A stretch of DNA of 64,000 bases from Octopus vulgaris (taxonomy: Eukaryota), in contig OX597824.1 of the NCBI GenBank assembly GCA_951406725.2, positions 78,306,001 through 78,370,000 on the forward strand. The letters run 5' to 3'. The stretch's first letter is position 1. Each line of letters starts with the position of its first letter. The notes beneath the pieces are model-generated. The model made no database searches. It had not been told where the DNA came from and saw nothing but the letters and a program-made list of their open reading frames with translations. The position numbers and the translations under genes were made by a program. This document shows positions 27,855 through 42,570 of this stretch, piece after piece.

Positions 27855-29114
27855 TATATATAAAAGCAGCTACTAGATGTTTAACTATTTAACTTTTCTT
27901 CATCGTATGTATCATTATTTTTATAGAGGTTATAAGAAGGTAAATAGGCTGAGTTGTTAGCATATACGGCAAAATGACTTGTGTTCGCCGAGATCGACAA
28001 TATTCCATGGGGATCACTACAATTATTTACCCCCCTCTACTTAAAAGCTGTTGTTCTTCTGCCAAAATCTGAAAGAATTTTCATATTTGTTGAATGGTAC
28101 CGAGCTGGAGAAAATGTTTAGTGACATTTCTTCAGAATTTTTACGCTCTGAATTCAAATTTCCCCAAGATCTACTTTGCTTTTCATCCTTTCCGGCTCAA
28201 TAAAATAAGTACCAGCTGATATAATCTGCTTAACGCCTTCCTTACAAAAACATTGCTGGCTTTGTGCCAAAATTAGAAAGATACGTTTTTGATAAAAGGT
28301 GTAAAAATTAAACAAATATTTCGTAAGGGTGCGGTGCATAGAAAAGGTTTGACTTCTCTTTTCTAAAGACAACCTGTCGCGAGTGTTGGCGATTCATCTT
28401 GAGCATTCTCGTGTTCAGAACAAAGAACCTTAGTCTTTTGTTTATTTTTGACAAAGTTATTTATGTCTAGCATTCATAAAATCTCCGAATACAGAAGAAT
28501 CTTTCTTATCCAAAACTCAAATAATTGTAACTCTCAAGCAACCATCATCCAGAGAAAAAAATCAAAAGAAAATGTGTTGTTAATTAAAGTCAAGAGAATT
28601 TGTGTTAATTAATTAATTTTCATTAATGGAAAGAATGACTCTATCGTGTCTAAAATGGATGTTCTCAAAGTACAATGTTTATTTCACTGAATTTACAGAG
28701 CCTCTATTTTACCAGGTTAATTAAATTAGTTCTTTATTTATATTATATGTTGATTTCTCCGTATTTCTTTCATATCTACTCTATTCAGAATATTAATGAT
28801 ACTAATGATGTTTATACAGAGCTTTAATGAGCTTTGTATGATGCTACAATAATTTAAAAATTGATGATCTGAAATCCGGAGAAATTTAGTCATCCGACAA
28901 AATTTCGGCAACATTGATATCGGATGGGAGGAGGTTTACTGTATATGGCTAACTGTCAGGTATGTTAATGCGTTGGGTAGAAGTAATTGCTGTATTTGCA
29001 CCGGCTTGCTGCACCCTGGGTTTAAGGACCACCCGGTTCAACGATCAAGATGTGAGAGAGTATAGGAGGCCGTTTACTGCATATTGCTGTGGTTAATATT
29101 TGTAAAGTTTGAAA

Positions 29115-30020
29115 AGCAGCGAGGTGGCAGAATCTTTTGTACATCGCTTGAAAGGCAGGAAAGCTGGCAGAAACGTTAGCGCGCCGGGCGAAATGCGTAG
29201 CCGTATTTCGTCTGCCGCTACGTTCTGAGTTCAAATTCCGCCGAGGTCGACTTTGCCTTTTATCCTTTTGGGGTCGATTAAATAAGTACCCGTTACGCAC
29301 TGGGGTCGATATAAACGACTTTTCCTGTCAGTCTTTCAGGGTCGATAAATTAAGTACCAGTTACGCACTGGGGTCGATATAATCGACTTAATCCGTCTGT
29401 CTGCCTTGTTTGTCCCCTCTATGATTAGCCACTTCTGGGCAATAAAGAAATAAGAACCGTTTGTACATCGTTTGAAAGGCGTCAAGCTGGCAGAAACGTT
29501 AGCACTCCTTTCGGGGTCGATAAATTAAGTACCAGTAAGACACTGGGGTCGATGTAATCGACTTAATCCATTTGTCTGTCCTTGTTTGTCCTCTCTATGT
29601 TTAGCCCCTTGTGGCCAATAAAGAAATAAGAATAGTTTGTACATTAGGCAGCGCTATTTCGTCCGTCATTACGTTCTGAGCTCAAATACCACTGAGGTCG
29701 ACTTTCCCTTTCATCCTTTCGGGGTCGTAAAAATAAGCACCAGAGGTCATCGATTTACCCCTTCACCCGGGAAATTTCTGCCCTTGAGCCAAAATTTGAA
29801 ACCGTTATTTAAAGGTAGTGAGCTGGCAGAATTGTTAGCACGCTGGGTAAAGTGCTTTGCAGCATTTCGTCCGTTCTGAGTTCAAATTTCACCGAGGTTG
29901 ACTCTCCTTTTCATCTTTCCGGGGTTCGATAAAATAAGTAGCAGTTGAAAACTGCAGTTGATTCAATCGGCTTACGTTCCCCACTACATAATTACACGTC
30001 TTGAGTCAAAATTTGAAACC
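29115..30020 (+). mobile_element. Nested/tandem cluster of about 5 SINE family A copies
   Basis: Repeated central domains; junction ttgtacat recurs at about 29137, 29461, 29637. Confidence 0.9.
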
Positions 30021-30524
30021 AATATTAGTAAAGATTGTTACCAATCTAATTGATAGTTGTTACACTGTAATGAAGATACAGCGTGTTGGCGTGTTGTCTG
30101 CTCATACATATAATATCATTGTCTTCCTAGTGTTTCATGTCGCTAAGATTTCTCGCCAACATTAAAAGATCTTTCAGAAGATTCTACTCATAGATGTGAT
30201 GAATGCTTTTTCTTAGAAAAACTGTCTCAGATGCGTGTGAATTATTCCTGCTGGGATAATATTATCAACGACTGAAGGACGGTTCGTGGGGTTGTTTTCG
30301 TGATGTTGTTGATGAACTGCCCCCCCCACCACCACCAACCCCACCCCAGATGAACTCTGATCGAACTGACACTCATCGAAGGTGTGCTAGAATTATACAT
30401 CACTGATATCCATTGACTGACCACATTTTCCAGTATCTCCTTCTTCCGTTTACAAGTCCATAGACCGAGATTTAGTGGAGATATTATGAAAATAAAAATG
30501 ATAATAATAATAATATTAATGATG

Positions 30525-30557
<33 letters not shown>

Positions 30558-31394
30558 GAAAAAATGTTCGCGTTGCACGGAATTATGCCATTTTCTGCGC
30601 TCATTTCATTAATCAACTCAATTCATGCTGACATGATATGACGATGGTAACACAGTTCATGTTGGTGCAAACTTAACTAACAAATACAAGCATATAGATG
30701 AAATGCTACACTCACACACACACAAACACGCACACCCACACACACACGCGCGCGCGCACGCACACAGACGCGCACACATATATGTATGATCACAATTATG
30801 TATATATATATATGCAAGAAATCCTTGGATCTTAATGGTTTCCTATTATATCTACAAACATAAGAAAAGCTAAAATGAAGACGAAAATAAATGACTGAAG
30901 AAAGATATTCAAAGATCATTCCAAAATAGTGTGAGGGAGGTGCTTGGTCAATACCGCTTTGATATATGAGTGTGTGTGTGGGAGGGGTATGTGTTTGTCT
31001 CTGTCCATGAATATATCTTATGACATCGGTCAAGTGTTATGGAAACGAACAATCACCGCCATTACGGTTGATTCAAAATTGCTCGTGCCTGACACACTAA
31101 CAAAAGAGCAAAAGACTTGGAGAGAAAACGAAGATAAATATCACACATCCACACGCGCACATACACACACACACATATATATATGGCGGTGAGGTAAGAA
31201 GCTTGCTTCCTAGCCACATGGTTCCGAGTTCAGTCCCACTGCGCGGCACCTCGGGCCGACCAAAATTTTTGTGAGTGAATTTGGTAGATGGAAACTGAAA
31301 TAATTCTTTTGTATATATATTTGTTTTGGGGGTCATCTTTACCTTGTTATCTCCCCTACTTTCCTCCTCGTGTTTGACCCTTCTGTCCGGGACT

Positions 31395-31590
31395 AGTCGC
31401 AATGATAGATCGTTAGCCACTACACACATTTTTTTGCTCTCCTTGTTTATTCTGTGTCCCTTCCTGTAGAAGAGCGTAGGCTCGAAACGTAAAAGACTCT
31501 TTCTATTCCTGAGCGTTATACTAATACATCCGCTTGTTTTGTACACCACCTGTCTTCGTCTTTTGTTTTTTTTTTCGTATACTCTCCCTA
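31395..31590 (+). mobile_element. Family E short repeat with variant HHR at 31460-31495
   Basis: cttc CTGTAGA a gagc-gtag-gctc GAAA cg TA aaag. Confidence 0.75.
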
Positions 31591-31764
31591 TATATATACG
31601 TGTGTGTGTGTATTTATGTGTATATGTTTTTGTGTTTGTGTCTGTCTTCCCACCATCGCTTGACTGGATACGAACTGTATGCTTAATATATACCAATTGT
31701 TCAAAAGGACTTTCATTCCCCAATAATACTAGGTATCGAACCTGTATTCCCTAGGATGTATATA

Positions 31765-31883
31765 TCTCTATATCTATAAACTGCAAAATGTCTGTGTGTC
31801 CTTTATACAAATCCACAGTTTTTCATGAAAGACCAAATATGCTTGGCTAGCACTGGACCCGGCAACACCGGGTCATAGTCCTC

Positions 31884-31884
<1 letters not shown>
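31765..31884 (+). mobile_element. Mini-Helitron
   Basis: 5' TC...tatctataaa...tgtctgtgtgtcc; 3' hairpin gacccgg-caaca-ccgggtc (31856-31874); ends CTCG|T. Confidence 0.6.
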
Positions 31885-31917
<33 letters not shown>

Positions 31918-32122
31918 TTGCATGCATATGTGCGTTTCTAAGGTATGTACGGTAGTTTCTTTGGGCCATTTACAATTGTGTACTTATGTTACATTTATTT
32001 TCATTTATTCAGCATTTTTTCTATTCTTGGTGTTATTTTCATCATTAGTCTGTTGCGCAAAATATATACAACACGTATATGAGTCGACGAGCTGGCAGAA
32101 TCGTTACGCGCCTGATAAGATA

Positions 32123-32493
32123 TAGTGTTTCAAAAGTTTATGCCACATTCTAAGAACTCTATGAAAACCCCCTCCTCCTTCAATTTTGCATGCCAATTGA
32201 AAATCTAACGTCTGCCTGGTGCCTGCTTGGTAACCGTTGCGTTGAACACCTGTCCACGATTCAGTTTTAGCGCATTCTAAAAAGCAAAATGGCTTCTCTT
32301 GTTTTGAGAATGACATTACTGAATCTGAAAAGAGACAAAACACAAAATTAGATTTAATTAATTAAATTAAAATTAAATTAACAGGAGAAAACTTGACACC
32401 TCTATTTTTTAAATGGTGCCCATTCAATCATGCTACCATTTGTATTTCATGATATAAGAGTTCTCAGAATGTGACAGACTTTTCAAACAGCCT
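32123..32493 (-). mobile_element. Internally deleted Tc1/mariner element inserted in a SINE A copy (32085-32705)
   Basis: Imperfect TIRs gtgtttcaaaagtttatgccacattctaagaactct / agagttctcagaatgtgacagacttttcaaacag; N-terminal HTH-like MSFSKQEKPFCFLECAKTESWTGVQR. Confidence 0.8.
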
Positions 32494-33377
32494 GAACTTT
32501 GCGACATTTCTTCCCGCGTTTTCGCTCTGAGTTCAAATTCTTTCCGAAGTCTACTTTACCTTTCGTCCTTTCGGAATCAAGGTAAATAAGTAGCAGTTGA
32601 GCACTAGATTCGATAAAAATAAGAACGAAATGAGCAGTGGGGGAGGGTCGATGTAATAGTCTCACCCTCGAATGTACTGGCCGTCTGCCAAAATGTGAAG
32701 CCAATATGTACAACGTACTGTTTATGCCGGGGCGGTATCTGTTTTGTATGTATAGAGTGACTTAAGATATATATATGTTAATGCTGGGTAGTTATTGCTT
32801 AGATTATGTGTTATTTTATTGAATTTGCTTGTATAGAGAATGTCCAATGTGGTATGCATAATGTGTACAGAGTGATTTGTGCAATTGAATTGAAAGTGCC
32901 ATGCGTAGGATGTGAGCTGTGTCTGGCATGACTTTATTATAGCTGGATGTCAAATGGCAGAAATAGTTCATTATGTTGACCTCACATCATGTGATGTGTT
33001 TAGCCTAGAATATTAAATTTATCATTTTTATTTTTAAAAATGATAAAAAGAGTCATTAATTTTTTTTTGTAATGATCTGTTTTAATTAAAATTTCATCAG
33101 ATACACTACTCAGAGATAAATTATTCATTGTTGTCAATTCCATATCGCAGACACTTTTTTATTACATTGTTGACTAACATATCTCACGCTGCTATTTTCT
33201 GTTACATATTAGTCAAAAGAGGAGGTAGCGATTTATCCGTGATAGTAGCTGCCCATCTGAGACTGGTGAGATTTAATACAGTTCATGTTCAAACAGAACC
33301 ATTGTAAGAACAACGTGAGCGTGGAGTTGAAATCCAGAGACTAATTGATCTGGAAGAGCAATCTAAACACAAAAAAA

Positions 33378-33595
33378 GGCGACGAGCTCACAGAATCGCG
33401 TTAGCACATTGGGCAAAATGCTTAGCGGCATTTCGTTCGTCTTTACATTCGGAGTTCAAATTCCACCGAGGTCGATTTTTCCTTTCATCCTTTCGGGGTC
33501 GATAAAATAAGTACCAGTTGAAAACTGGAGTCTATGTAATCGACTGAGCCCCTTCCCCCAAACTTGCTAACCCTTTGCCAAAATTTAAAATCAAT
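33378..33595 (+). mobile_element. SINE family A, short-tail subfamily
   Basis: Family A head and central domain. Confidence 0.88.
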
Positions 33596-34054
33596 ATCAA
33601 ACACAATGCAAGTGTTGTCATTAAGTATGGGAAAATCTTAACCCTTGCATGGCCACCACACATTACATAAAAGATGATAAACAGATGTAGCAGAAACACA
33701 AGACTAGAAGTATGATACAAGGAGATGATGACAAGATTCAAACTTACTTCAAACCAACTTCACCCCTTTCATTTTTCATCTGGGCTTAGTTACGAATAGT
33801 TTTCCCCTTAGTACCAAACTTTTCACATTCTTTACTTTCTCCCAAATTTTAACTTCTTGTTGCAATCGCGCCACCTATCAGTGGCTACCGCTCACACGAG
33901 TCATCTTCTCAGTTTTTCACTTTTTGCTTAGTTATTTTGCATCCCAAGTGCAATAGCACTTTCTATTTTCTCAACTCTCTCGTGATGAGCGATTTCTCGA
34001 AAAGTGAATCCATATTATTCATGTTATAATCAAAGTCTTTATTAATCTTTTCGA

Positions 34055-34400
34055 CAGAGGAGAATGAAGACACCCTCCGGTGCGCTGGTCTACCTCCTTT
34101 GATGGAAATCTCCACTGAAAAATATTTACGTTGGCTGGGACACGTACACAAGATGGACAACAGCAGACTCCCCCAGACAACTCATTTACTCCCAACTATG
34201 AAAGGGAAAAAGAAACCATGGAAGACCTCAACTGTGATTCAAAGATGATGTAAAAAGGAATATGAAGTGAAAAGGAATTCATCATGATAAATGGCAAACT
34301 CAAAGCAAAAAGCCGACCAATATGGAGAAAGCTTATCAAGTTATGCCAAAGCCAGGAACAGTCAGAATCGCGACGACTGACTAAAAATAATAAAATGATA
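34055..34400 (+). pseudogene. RTE-type LINE RT C-terminal fragment and 3' end
   Basis: YLRWLGHVHKMDNSRLP...EGKRNHGRPQL*FKDDVKRNMK*KGI..DKWQT. Confidence 0.85.
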
Positions 34401-34839
34401 TTCAAAAGACAATGGCAATGTCCATAACCCATTACAGTGTTTCAGAGACTGGTAGGAGGAAGAAGGAAAGGAATCTTCCCTGAAACACGAGGCCTAGCAA
34501 GGACACTTGCAACAGAGTGAACTCCGTTAAAAACAACTAAATTGCAAAACGCACTTTCTATTTTCTCAACTCTCTCGTGATGAACGGTTATCACCTGTCA
34601 GACCAGGTGATAAGATATTAAGTAGACAATGGAAGGATTTGAACTTATAATGCAAGGAGCCGACCATATAACTTTCATTCTGACTTTCTTTACATTTTTG
34701 CCAACACCTTTCCTCCGTAATGATGAAAAACAAGTTTGACATCAGCAAGGTTTGAACTCAGAGTGCACACGCTCTAAGCAAGTATAGCGTGGCTGCCTAT
34801 CTAACGCCCTAACCTAATCACCTCTACCTAATCACCCAC

Positions 34840-34946
<107 letters not shown>

Positions 34947-35383
34947 CATACGGATTAAGTTTTGCTGACGCAAATCATAAGTTTTCTGGAGTTCCAGGAT
35001 TTTACTGAAGTAACTTATTCTTCTTTTGCCTAGCAAGCTTGTCCTATCAAGTCGGTCATCTTAAATAGCCATGATCCATTTAAACCAATGATCTCCTCTA
35101 TATGACACACTTGTAAACACAGAGTTCAAATTCCCTTTTTAAATTGCAGCTTTCTAGCGAGTATCATTAAATCACTAATTATGACGACGAATAATAGAGA
35201 CCTTATTTCGACTGCATAAATAAATAGATGGCTTTTCGTAATGTTCTTTCTCATTTCCCTTCATCCTTTCTTTCTTTCTTTTCTTCTCTTCTCTATGTCA
35301 GTTTGGCTTTCTATATTATTTCTCTTTTCATATAACGTTATAAAAATATTTTTTAATTAAGATGTAATGATAGGACATACATA

Positions 35384-35454
<71 letters not shown>

Positions 35455-35497
35455 TATATATACACACATACATACATATGTATATGTATATACATAC

Positions 35498-35583
<86 letters not shown>

Positions 35584-36476
35584 TACATATACATACATAT
35601 GTATATGTATATACATACATACATACATACACACACATATGTCTGTATATATGATTCCGTTCGTGTTTGGAAGGACGTAATATGGCGCGCTTGAAATGTA
35701 TAAAACTTTGACATCTTCTCTAGCAGTCATACGCAGACACCACACATACAACCACCAACACCACCAACACTAACACCAACACCACCACTACCACTACCAA
35801 CACTAGCCCCCCCCCACGTAAGTGATGCCTATCTCCCTGCATCTAAACTGCTTTCATGCAAATTAGCATTTTATTTATATTTTTCTGTCTTATTCTTTGA
35901 ATTCTCGTCCAAGAACTTCACACAAACTAATACAGCATCGCATAAACAAATACACACACACACTAACACACACACACACACACACACACTAACAGACACA
36001 CACAAATGCACACATATATATAAATTTATATACAGACAAGCATACATACAAGCATATATAATATATACATATAGGCATATATACGTATATATGTGTGTGT
36101 TTTTCTATGCGTTTATGCCTGTGCTTGTGTGCTTGTAAGTATGCGTGTGTGTGTGGGTGGATATATATATAATGTATGTACCTATATATATTTATTTTAT
36201 ATGCATATGTATATATATATATTTATTTTATATGTATATGTATATATATATATATATACATACATGTTTGTATCCATGTATGCATGTGTGTGTGTATGCG
36301 TGTGTTTCTAAACGTCTGAGTTCGTATAAAATTTAACATACAAGAAAATATTGTTTGTAAATAATTGAATATGTCTTCAGTCAGAGATAAGAGCAGCATC
36401 TAAATATACAGAGATAGAACAGAAACACAACAGAATGGAAATGCCACAGTTAAACAAGCGCTTAAAAAAAAAGAAG

Positions 36477-36548
<72 letters not shown>

Positions 36549-36593
36549 GTATGTATATATATGTATATATATGTATATATAAACATATATATA

Positions 36594-36754
36594 CAGGAGT
36601 GGCTGTGTGGTAAGCAGCTTGTCTACCAACCACATGGTTCCGGGTTCAGTCCCACTGCGTGGCACCTTGGGCAAGTGTCTTCTACTATAGCCCCGGGCCG
36701 ACCAAAGCCTTGTGAGTGGATTTGGTAGACGGAAACTGAAAGAAGCCCGTCGTA

Positions 36755-36810
<56 letters not shown>

Positions 36811-37030
36811 TGTGTGTGTTTGTGTGTCTGTGTTTGTCCCCCTATCATTGCTTGACAACCGATGTTGGTGTGTTTATGTCCCCGTTACTTAGCGGTTCGG
36901 CAAAAAAGACCGATAGAATAAGTACTGGACTTACAAAAGAATAAGTCCCGGGGTCGAGTTGCTCGATTAAAAGGCGGTGCTCCAGCATGGCCCTAGTCAA
37001 ATGACTGAAACAAGTAAAAGAGTAAAAGAG
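36594..37030 (+). mobile_element. SINE family B, full length
   Basis: aggagtggctgtgtggtaag head to gtaaaagagtaaaagag tail, internal (TA)n(TG)n. Confidence 0.93.
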
Positions 37031-37067
37031 TATATATATTACATATATATATATATATATATATATT

Positions 37068-37121
<54 letters not shown>

Positions 37122-37139
37122 CTATATACATATATACTC

Positions 37140-37536
37140 TTACTCTTTCAATATTTTACTTGTTTCAGTCTGTGGCCATGCTGGGGCACTGCCTTTAGTC
37201 GAGCAAATCGACCCCAGGACTTATCCTTTGTAAGCCTTGTACTTATTCTATCTGTCTCTTTTGCCGAACCGCTAAATTACGGTGACGTAAGCAGACCACC
37301 ATCGGTTGTCAAGTGATGTTGGGGGACAAACACAAACATATCCACACATACATACATATATATACATATACATATATACGACGGGATTCTTTCAGTTTCC
37401 GTCAACCAAATCCACTCACAAGGCTTTGGTCGGCTATAGTAGAAGATACTTGCCCAAGGTGCCACGCAGTGGGACTCAACCCGGAACCATGTGATTCGTA
37501 AACAAACTACTTACCACACAACCACTCCTACGCCTA
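37140..37536 (-). mobile_element. SINE family B, full length, tail-to-tail with the previous copy
   Basis: Reverse complement of family B. Confidence 0.92.
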
Positions 37537-37625
37537 TAATATATATCATATATTATATATATATATGTGTGTGTGTGTTTTGTGTGTACGTATGTGTGTG
37601 TGTATGTGTGTGTGAGTATGTGTAG

Positions 37626-37681
<56 letters not shown>

Positions 37682-37975
37682 TGAATCTTGCTTCCTTGCT
37701 TTCAATGTTACCCAGCTAAACTGGCGCATAATGGGAGAATGCTATGAATTAAGTACCCTTCGCAGACACCCAGATGCTACCATCTCTCTACCTATGCATG
37801 AAGAACAGAAAACACTGTTGTCTATGTTAATATCTAAAAGACCTGAATAATTATTTCTTTAACTCTAAAAATACTTGCGTTATTTTCACTTGCTATACTT
37901 AACTAACTTTTGATTGTATTTATTAACCTAGAATAATAGGTATAACTGTAATTATCTTTGTGGTCATTAAATGTT

Positions 37976-38364
37976 GCAGGAGTGGCTGTGTGGTAAGTAC
38001 CAACCACATGGTTCCGAGTTCAGTCTCACTGCGTGGCACCTTGGGCAAGTGTCTTCTACTATAGCCTCGGGCCGACCAAAGCCTTGTGAGTGGATTTGGT
38101 AGATGGAAACTGAAAGAAGCCCGTCGTATATATGTATATATATATGCGTGTGTCTGTGTTTGTCGCCCTAGCATTGCTTGACAACCAATGCTGGTGTGTT
38201 TATGTCCCCGTTACTTAGCGGTTCGGCAAAAGAGACCGATAGAATTAGTACTGGGCTTACAAAAGAATAAGTCCCGGGGTCGTGTTGCTCGATTAAAGGG
38301 GGTGGTCCAGCATGGCCGCAGTCAAATGACTGAAACAAGTAAAAGAGTAAAAGAGTAAAAGAGA
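37976..38364 (+). mobile_element. SINE family B, full length
   Basis: Ends in (gtaaaaga)n. Confidence 0.92.
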
Positions 38365-38663
38365 TATGGATGATGTACGTTTAGTCATTAATCCTTATTA
38401 TTGATTTCTGATTTCGTAACTATTTCTTTGGAGTTTGTCTTGACAGAACTAAGAGTAAGGGCAATTTCTTTTTTTTTGTGTGTGTGTCTATAAGAATTAG
38501 TTATATAGCTGAATAAAGTTTATAATTACATCAGCTAATTTCATATATATTTTAGCTTTGTCTGAGACATAAATATCCTCCCAATTTTGAACACTGATGC
38601 TATTTATTTCTTCCGAAACAGATCCCATCACGCTCCATTTAAAATATTCTCTTCAATTTACAG

Positions 38664-38723
38664 GCATCTCCAGATAATAAAGTCATTAAATTCATTAAAT
38701 TTCAAATAAAGTCGAATGAACAA
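38664..38723 (+). CDS. Candidate 60-nt symmetric exon
   Basis: Acceptor tattctcttcaatttacag, donor gtatgt; only phase 0 is open: ASPDNKVIKFIKFQIKSNEQ. Confidence 0.3.
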
Positions 38724-39260
38724 GTATGTTAATGTGCTTATTAATATGTATGTTTATTTCGCTGTCACTATTCTGTATGTCTAAATAATCGTCAAATTAC
38801 TATCCAGCTAGTAACAAGCATAAAGACTATCTTCAAAAGTGTACGAAGAGTACACTGTTAAAAATTTAAATATCATTCAATGTATTCTTGTTTTGTTTTT
38901 AACATGATCATTAAAAGATTCGTTAGAACAATTTTGTAATTTATTCTAATGAAATGAATGTAAAATTTATTAGAAGATTGCAGATTGCTGGTGATTAGAA
39001 TCGATAGAACGTCAGACATAATGGCATTGGATATGTGTTACTACTGTTTATTTTAGGGCTTCAAATCAGAGGTTGGTAAAAATTTATTTAAGTACTGTGG
39101 TCCATTTAACTGAGTAATCTCTCTGCACACTGACTAAATTTGTTATCTTGGGTCTTTGTAAGAAATTATTCTTTGTAATTTAATTCTACTGAACAATATT
39201 TTAAGTCATATTATATTGGTTGTTGCATATATATTGTATTTATTTGTACGATATAACTAC

Positions 39261-39321
<61 letters not shown>

Positions 39322-39621
39322 CATATATATATATATGTATATAAATATACTTGATGTGACATTCACAAATCAGACACATATATTCCCTCTATTTTGTTCA
39401 TCTTTTCATCTTTTTTCTATGCACATTCCTTTCTGTAGAAGAGCGTAGACGCGAAATATAAATGACTACTTCCACTTTTCCTGAGCGGCAAATTAATACA
39501 CCCTGTTTATTGTTACCTTGCTTGTCTCTATCTATATATATATTTTCTTTTTTTTTGCTTTTTGCATAATTTTGTAGTGCAAGGGAGGAGAACGGTCTGT
39601 TTAATCCAACTGCATAAGTTA

Positions 39622-40520
39622 CACAGGGGAACAAATTTAAAGAAGTTGTTTGGTGCCTCAGGTTTTAGACCCGATTCTGGGTATATTCACGCCACTAAGT
39701 TAGAATGCGACAATTTGTTCGTAGCAGCTTTAGTTTTCGAGATAATGTGCTTATCAATAAATATCCCCGAAATTACGTACTATCGTAATAAAGAAATGGA
39801 TTTATTCCTCTTCTCGCATGAAAATTATATTATTATTGTTTTTTGCAACACTGTTCAAAGCCAGCTGAGTAAAATGGGTACCTCAAATTATGCTCCAAGT
39901 GAATAGCAGTAATTCATGGCTAGTACTAAGCGGAGCTTAAAATGCCTGCTCCTGAACAATACAACAAATATGGGTCGATCCTAATTGATTGCTCAGCTAA
40001 GGAGACTGAGCAGCAAGAAAGAATCACCTTGGTCTTACAGAATATATCATAACACGATCACCAATGTCATATATGTGTGGATCTTAAAACTGTAAATTTT
40101 AACCTTGGATCAGCTGATTCGATACCTTAATTATCCCTGCATTACCAGTCTCTGGAATAGCAGATTTAAGGATAAGCACTGATCATCCATCAATCTCCTA
40201 CCCCAGAGACAAAAGAATGTAATCGCAGAACCCTTGGCTGACAGGAATCTGGTCATTTCATGAACACTGCACATCAAACTGGGTTTTAAAAAATAGTGTG
40301 TGAAAGCTTTGAACAAAGTAGAATACTTTGACTATATGTGCAGGAATTCCCAGCGGTGAGCAATGGATAAGCTGAACGCAAGTATTTTCGACATGCCAGA
40401 AATGAAGGAACTCCTGAAAACCTACATTTCCAGGATACAATGAACAATGGTGCATCAGGCTCTAGGTCATTCTTCACTCTAATTGCAAGAAATTTCATAG
40501 GAATCACAAAGCGGTTAACT
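39622..40520 (+). pseudogene. Chapaev3 (CMC superfamily) DNA transposon: left end and decayed transposase
   Basis: TTA|CACAGGGGAACAAA terminus; YAPSE*Q*FMASTKRSLKCLLLNN, ICVDLKTVNF, LWNSR, TLHIKLGFKK*CVKALN, DKLNASIFD match the PLHIKLGLMK-type transposase. Confidence 0.85.
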
Positions 40521-40576
40521 ACTCTGAACTAGGGAAGATTATGCTTTCTTCTATCCGTCAACTTCGCTGTGATATC

Positions 40577-40903
40577 TTTTACTTATTTCAGTCGTTTGAC
40601 TGCGGCCATGCTGGAGCGCCACCTTTAGTCGAGCAAATCGATCCCAGGACTTATTCTTTGTAAGCCTAGTACTTATTCTATCGCTCTGTTTTGCCGAACC
40701 GCTAAGTTACGGGGACATAAACACAGAACACAAACACACACACATATATACATACATATACATATATACGACGGTCTTCTTTCAGTTTCCGTCTCGCAAA
40801 TCCACTCACAAGGTTTTGGTCGGCCCGAGGCTATAGTAGAAGACACTTGCTCAAGGTGCCACGCATAGGAACTGAACCCGGAACCATTTGGTTGGTAAGC
40901 AAA
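40577..40903 (-). mobile_element. SINE family B
   Basis: Family identity. Confidence 0.88.
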
Positions 40904-41052
40904 CAACTGACAAGCAAATCTGTGGTATTAAGCAGAACATTTGCTGTAACCAATCTTTTATACCAAGCCCAAAAACAATATACATGATAACACTTCCAAT
41001 CAGTTAAGATCAGAAGCTATGAAAGCCACTGCCTGGTACTGCATCAGAGCAT

Positions 41053-41430
<378 letters not shown>

Positions 41431-41971
41431 TCAATATTCATAACATAAACCCTGCATGTGACATTGGTGAGGTTTGAACTTAAACATCTGCTCTGGTAAT
41501 CTTCCGTTTCATTAAATTACTTGATACAATGAAGAAACAAATAATAAAAATCATAATTTAATACGAGATTTTTCACGTTGTTTAGACATGAGTTACATAT
41601 AGCTTATAATGTCCTCGTGACCGTTTTGTTTAGCTATTTGCATAAAATACATAAAATTTATTTTGTTATTTAAATGAAAATATGATTATTACAAATAAAC
41701 ATCTTTTCAAACAATTGAATTTTATTTTAATGGGAAAATAATGTCCCATTAGTCAAAAAATATACACGGAAGGTTATAATCAAATACGGCGACACAATGT
41801 CCGGACGACACACAACTCTACTCCTCTCTCTCTCTAACACATGCGCACACACACACATATCTATCTATCTATCTATCTATCTATATATATATATATATTC
41901 TATTTTCTTTTTGTAACATTTTTCTACTAGATATATATGTGTGTGTGTATGTATATATATATATATATATA

Positions 41972-42255
41972 TCACGTGATCACGTGACCGACCAGACCAT
42001 CGGATGTTGCTACACATCGCTGGTCACAATGCGTTTTCGATCGACGCCACCCCGCTGGCTAAGCGAGCAGGCCAACAGAAGAAAGAGAGAAAGAGTGATG
42101 AAAGAGTACAGCAGGGATCACCACCCCCTGCCGGAGCCTCGTGGAGCTTTTAGGTGTTTTCGCTCAATAAACACACACAACGCCCGGTCTGGGAATCGAA
42201 ACCACGATCCTACGACCGCGAGTTCGCTGCCCTAATCACTGGGCCATTGCGTATC
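41972..42255 (-). mobile_element. SINE family C, tail ii, 3' end in (TA)n
   Basis: Reverse complement of the 7193 copy. Confidence 0.9.
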
Positions 42256-42342
<87 letters not shown>

Positions 42343-42534
42343 CTACTATATATATATATATTTGTACTATATATATATTTATATATATATATATTTACAT
42401 TTGCTCACAAGTGTGTGCGCGCGTGTGTGTGTATGTATGCTTGTGTGTGTACGTATGCGTGCGTGTGCGTGCGCCATGATCGACCGCTAGCCACTAAAGC
42501 TTTTTTTATTCTTTCTGTTTATTTTCTCGTGTTC

Positions 42535-42570
42535 CTTTCTGTTGAAGAGCGTAGGTTCGAAACGTAAAAG
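42535..42570 (+). ncRNA. Variant minimal HHR (family E element 42472-42680)
   Basis: CUUU CUGUUGA A GAGC-GUAG-GUUC GAAA CG UA AAAG. Confidence 0.6.

Noticed and set aside
29115-30020. Regularly recurring repeats resembling a CRISPR array
   Set aside because: Eukaryotic nested SINEs with no unique fixed-length spacers and no cas genes
33070-33105. Minus-strand CTGATGA with an AATT hairpin
   Set aside because: AAAA instead of GAAA and weak AT-only helices; likely chance
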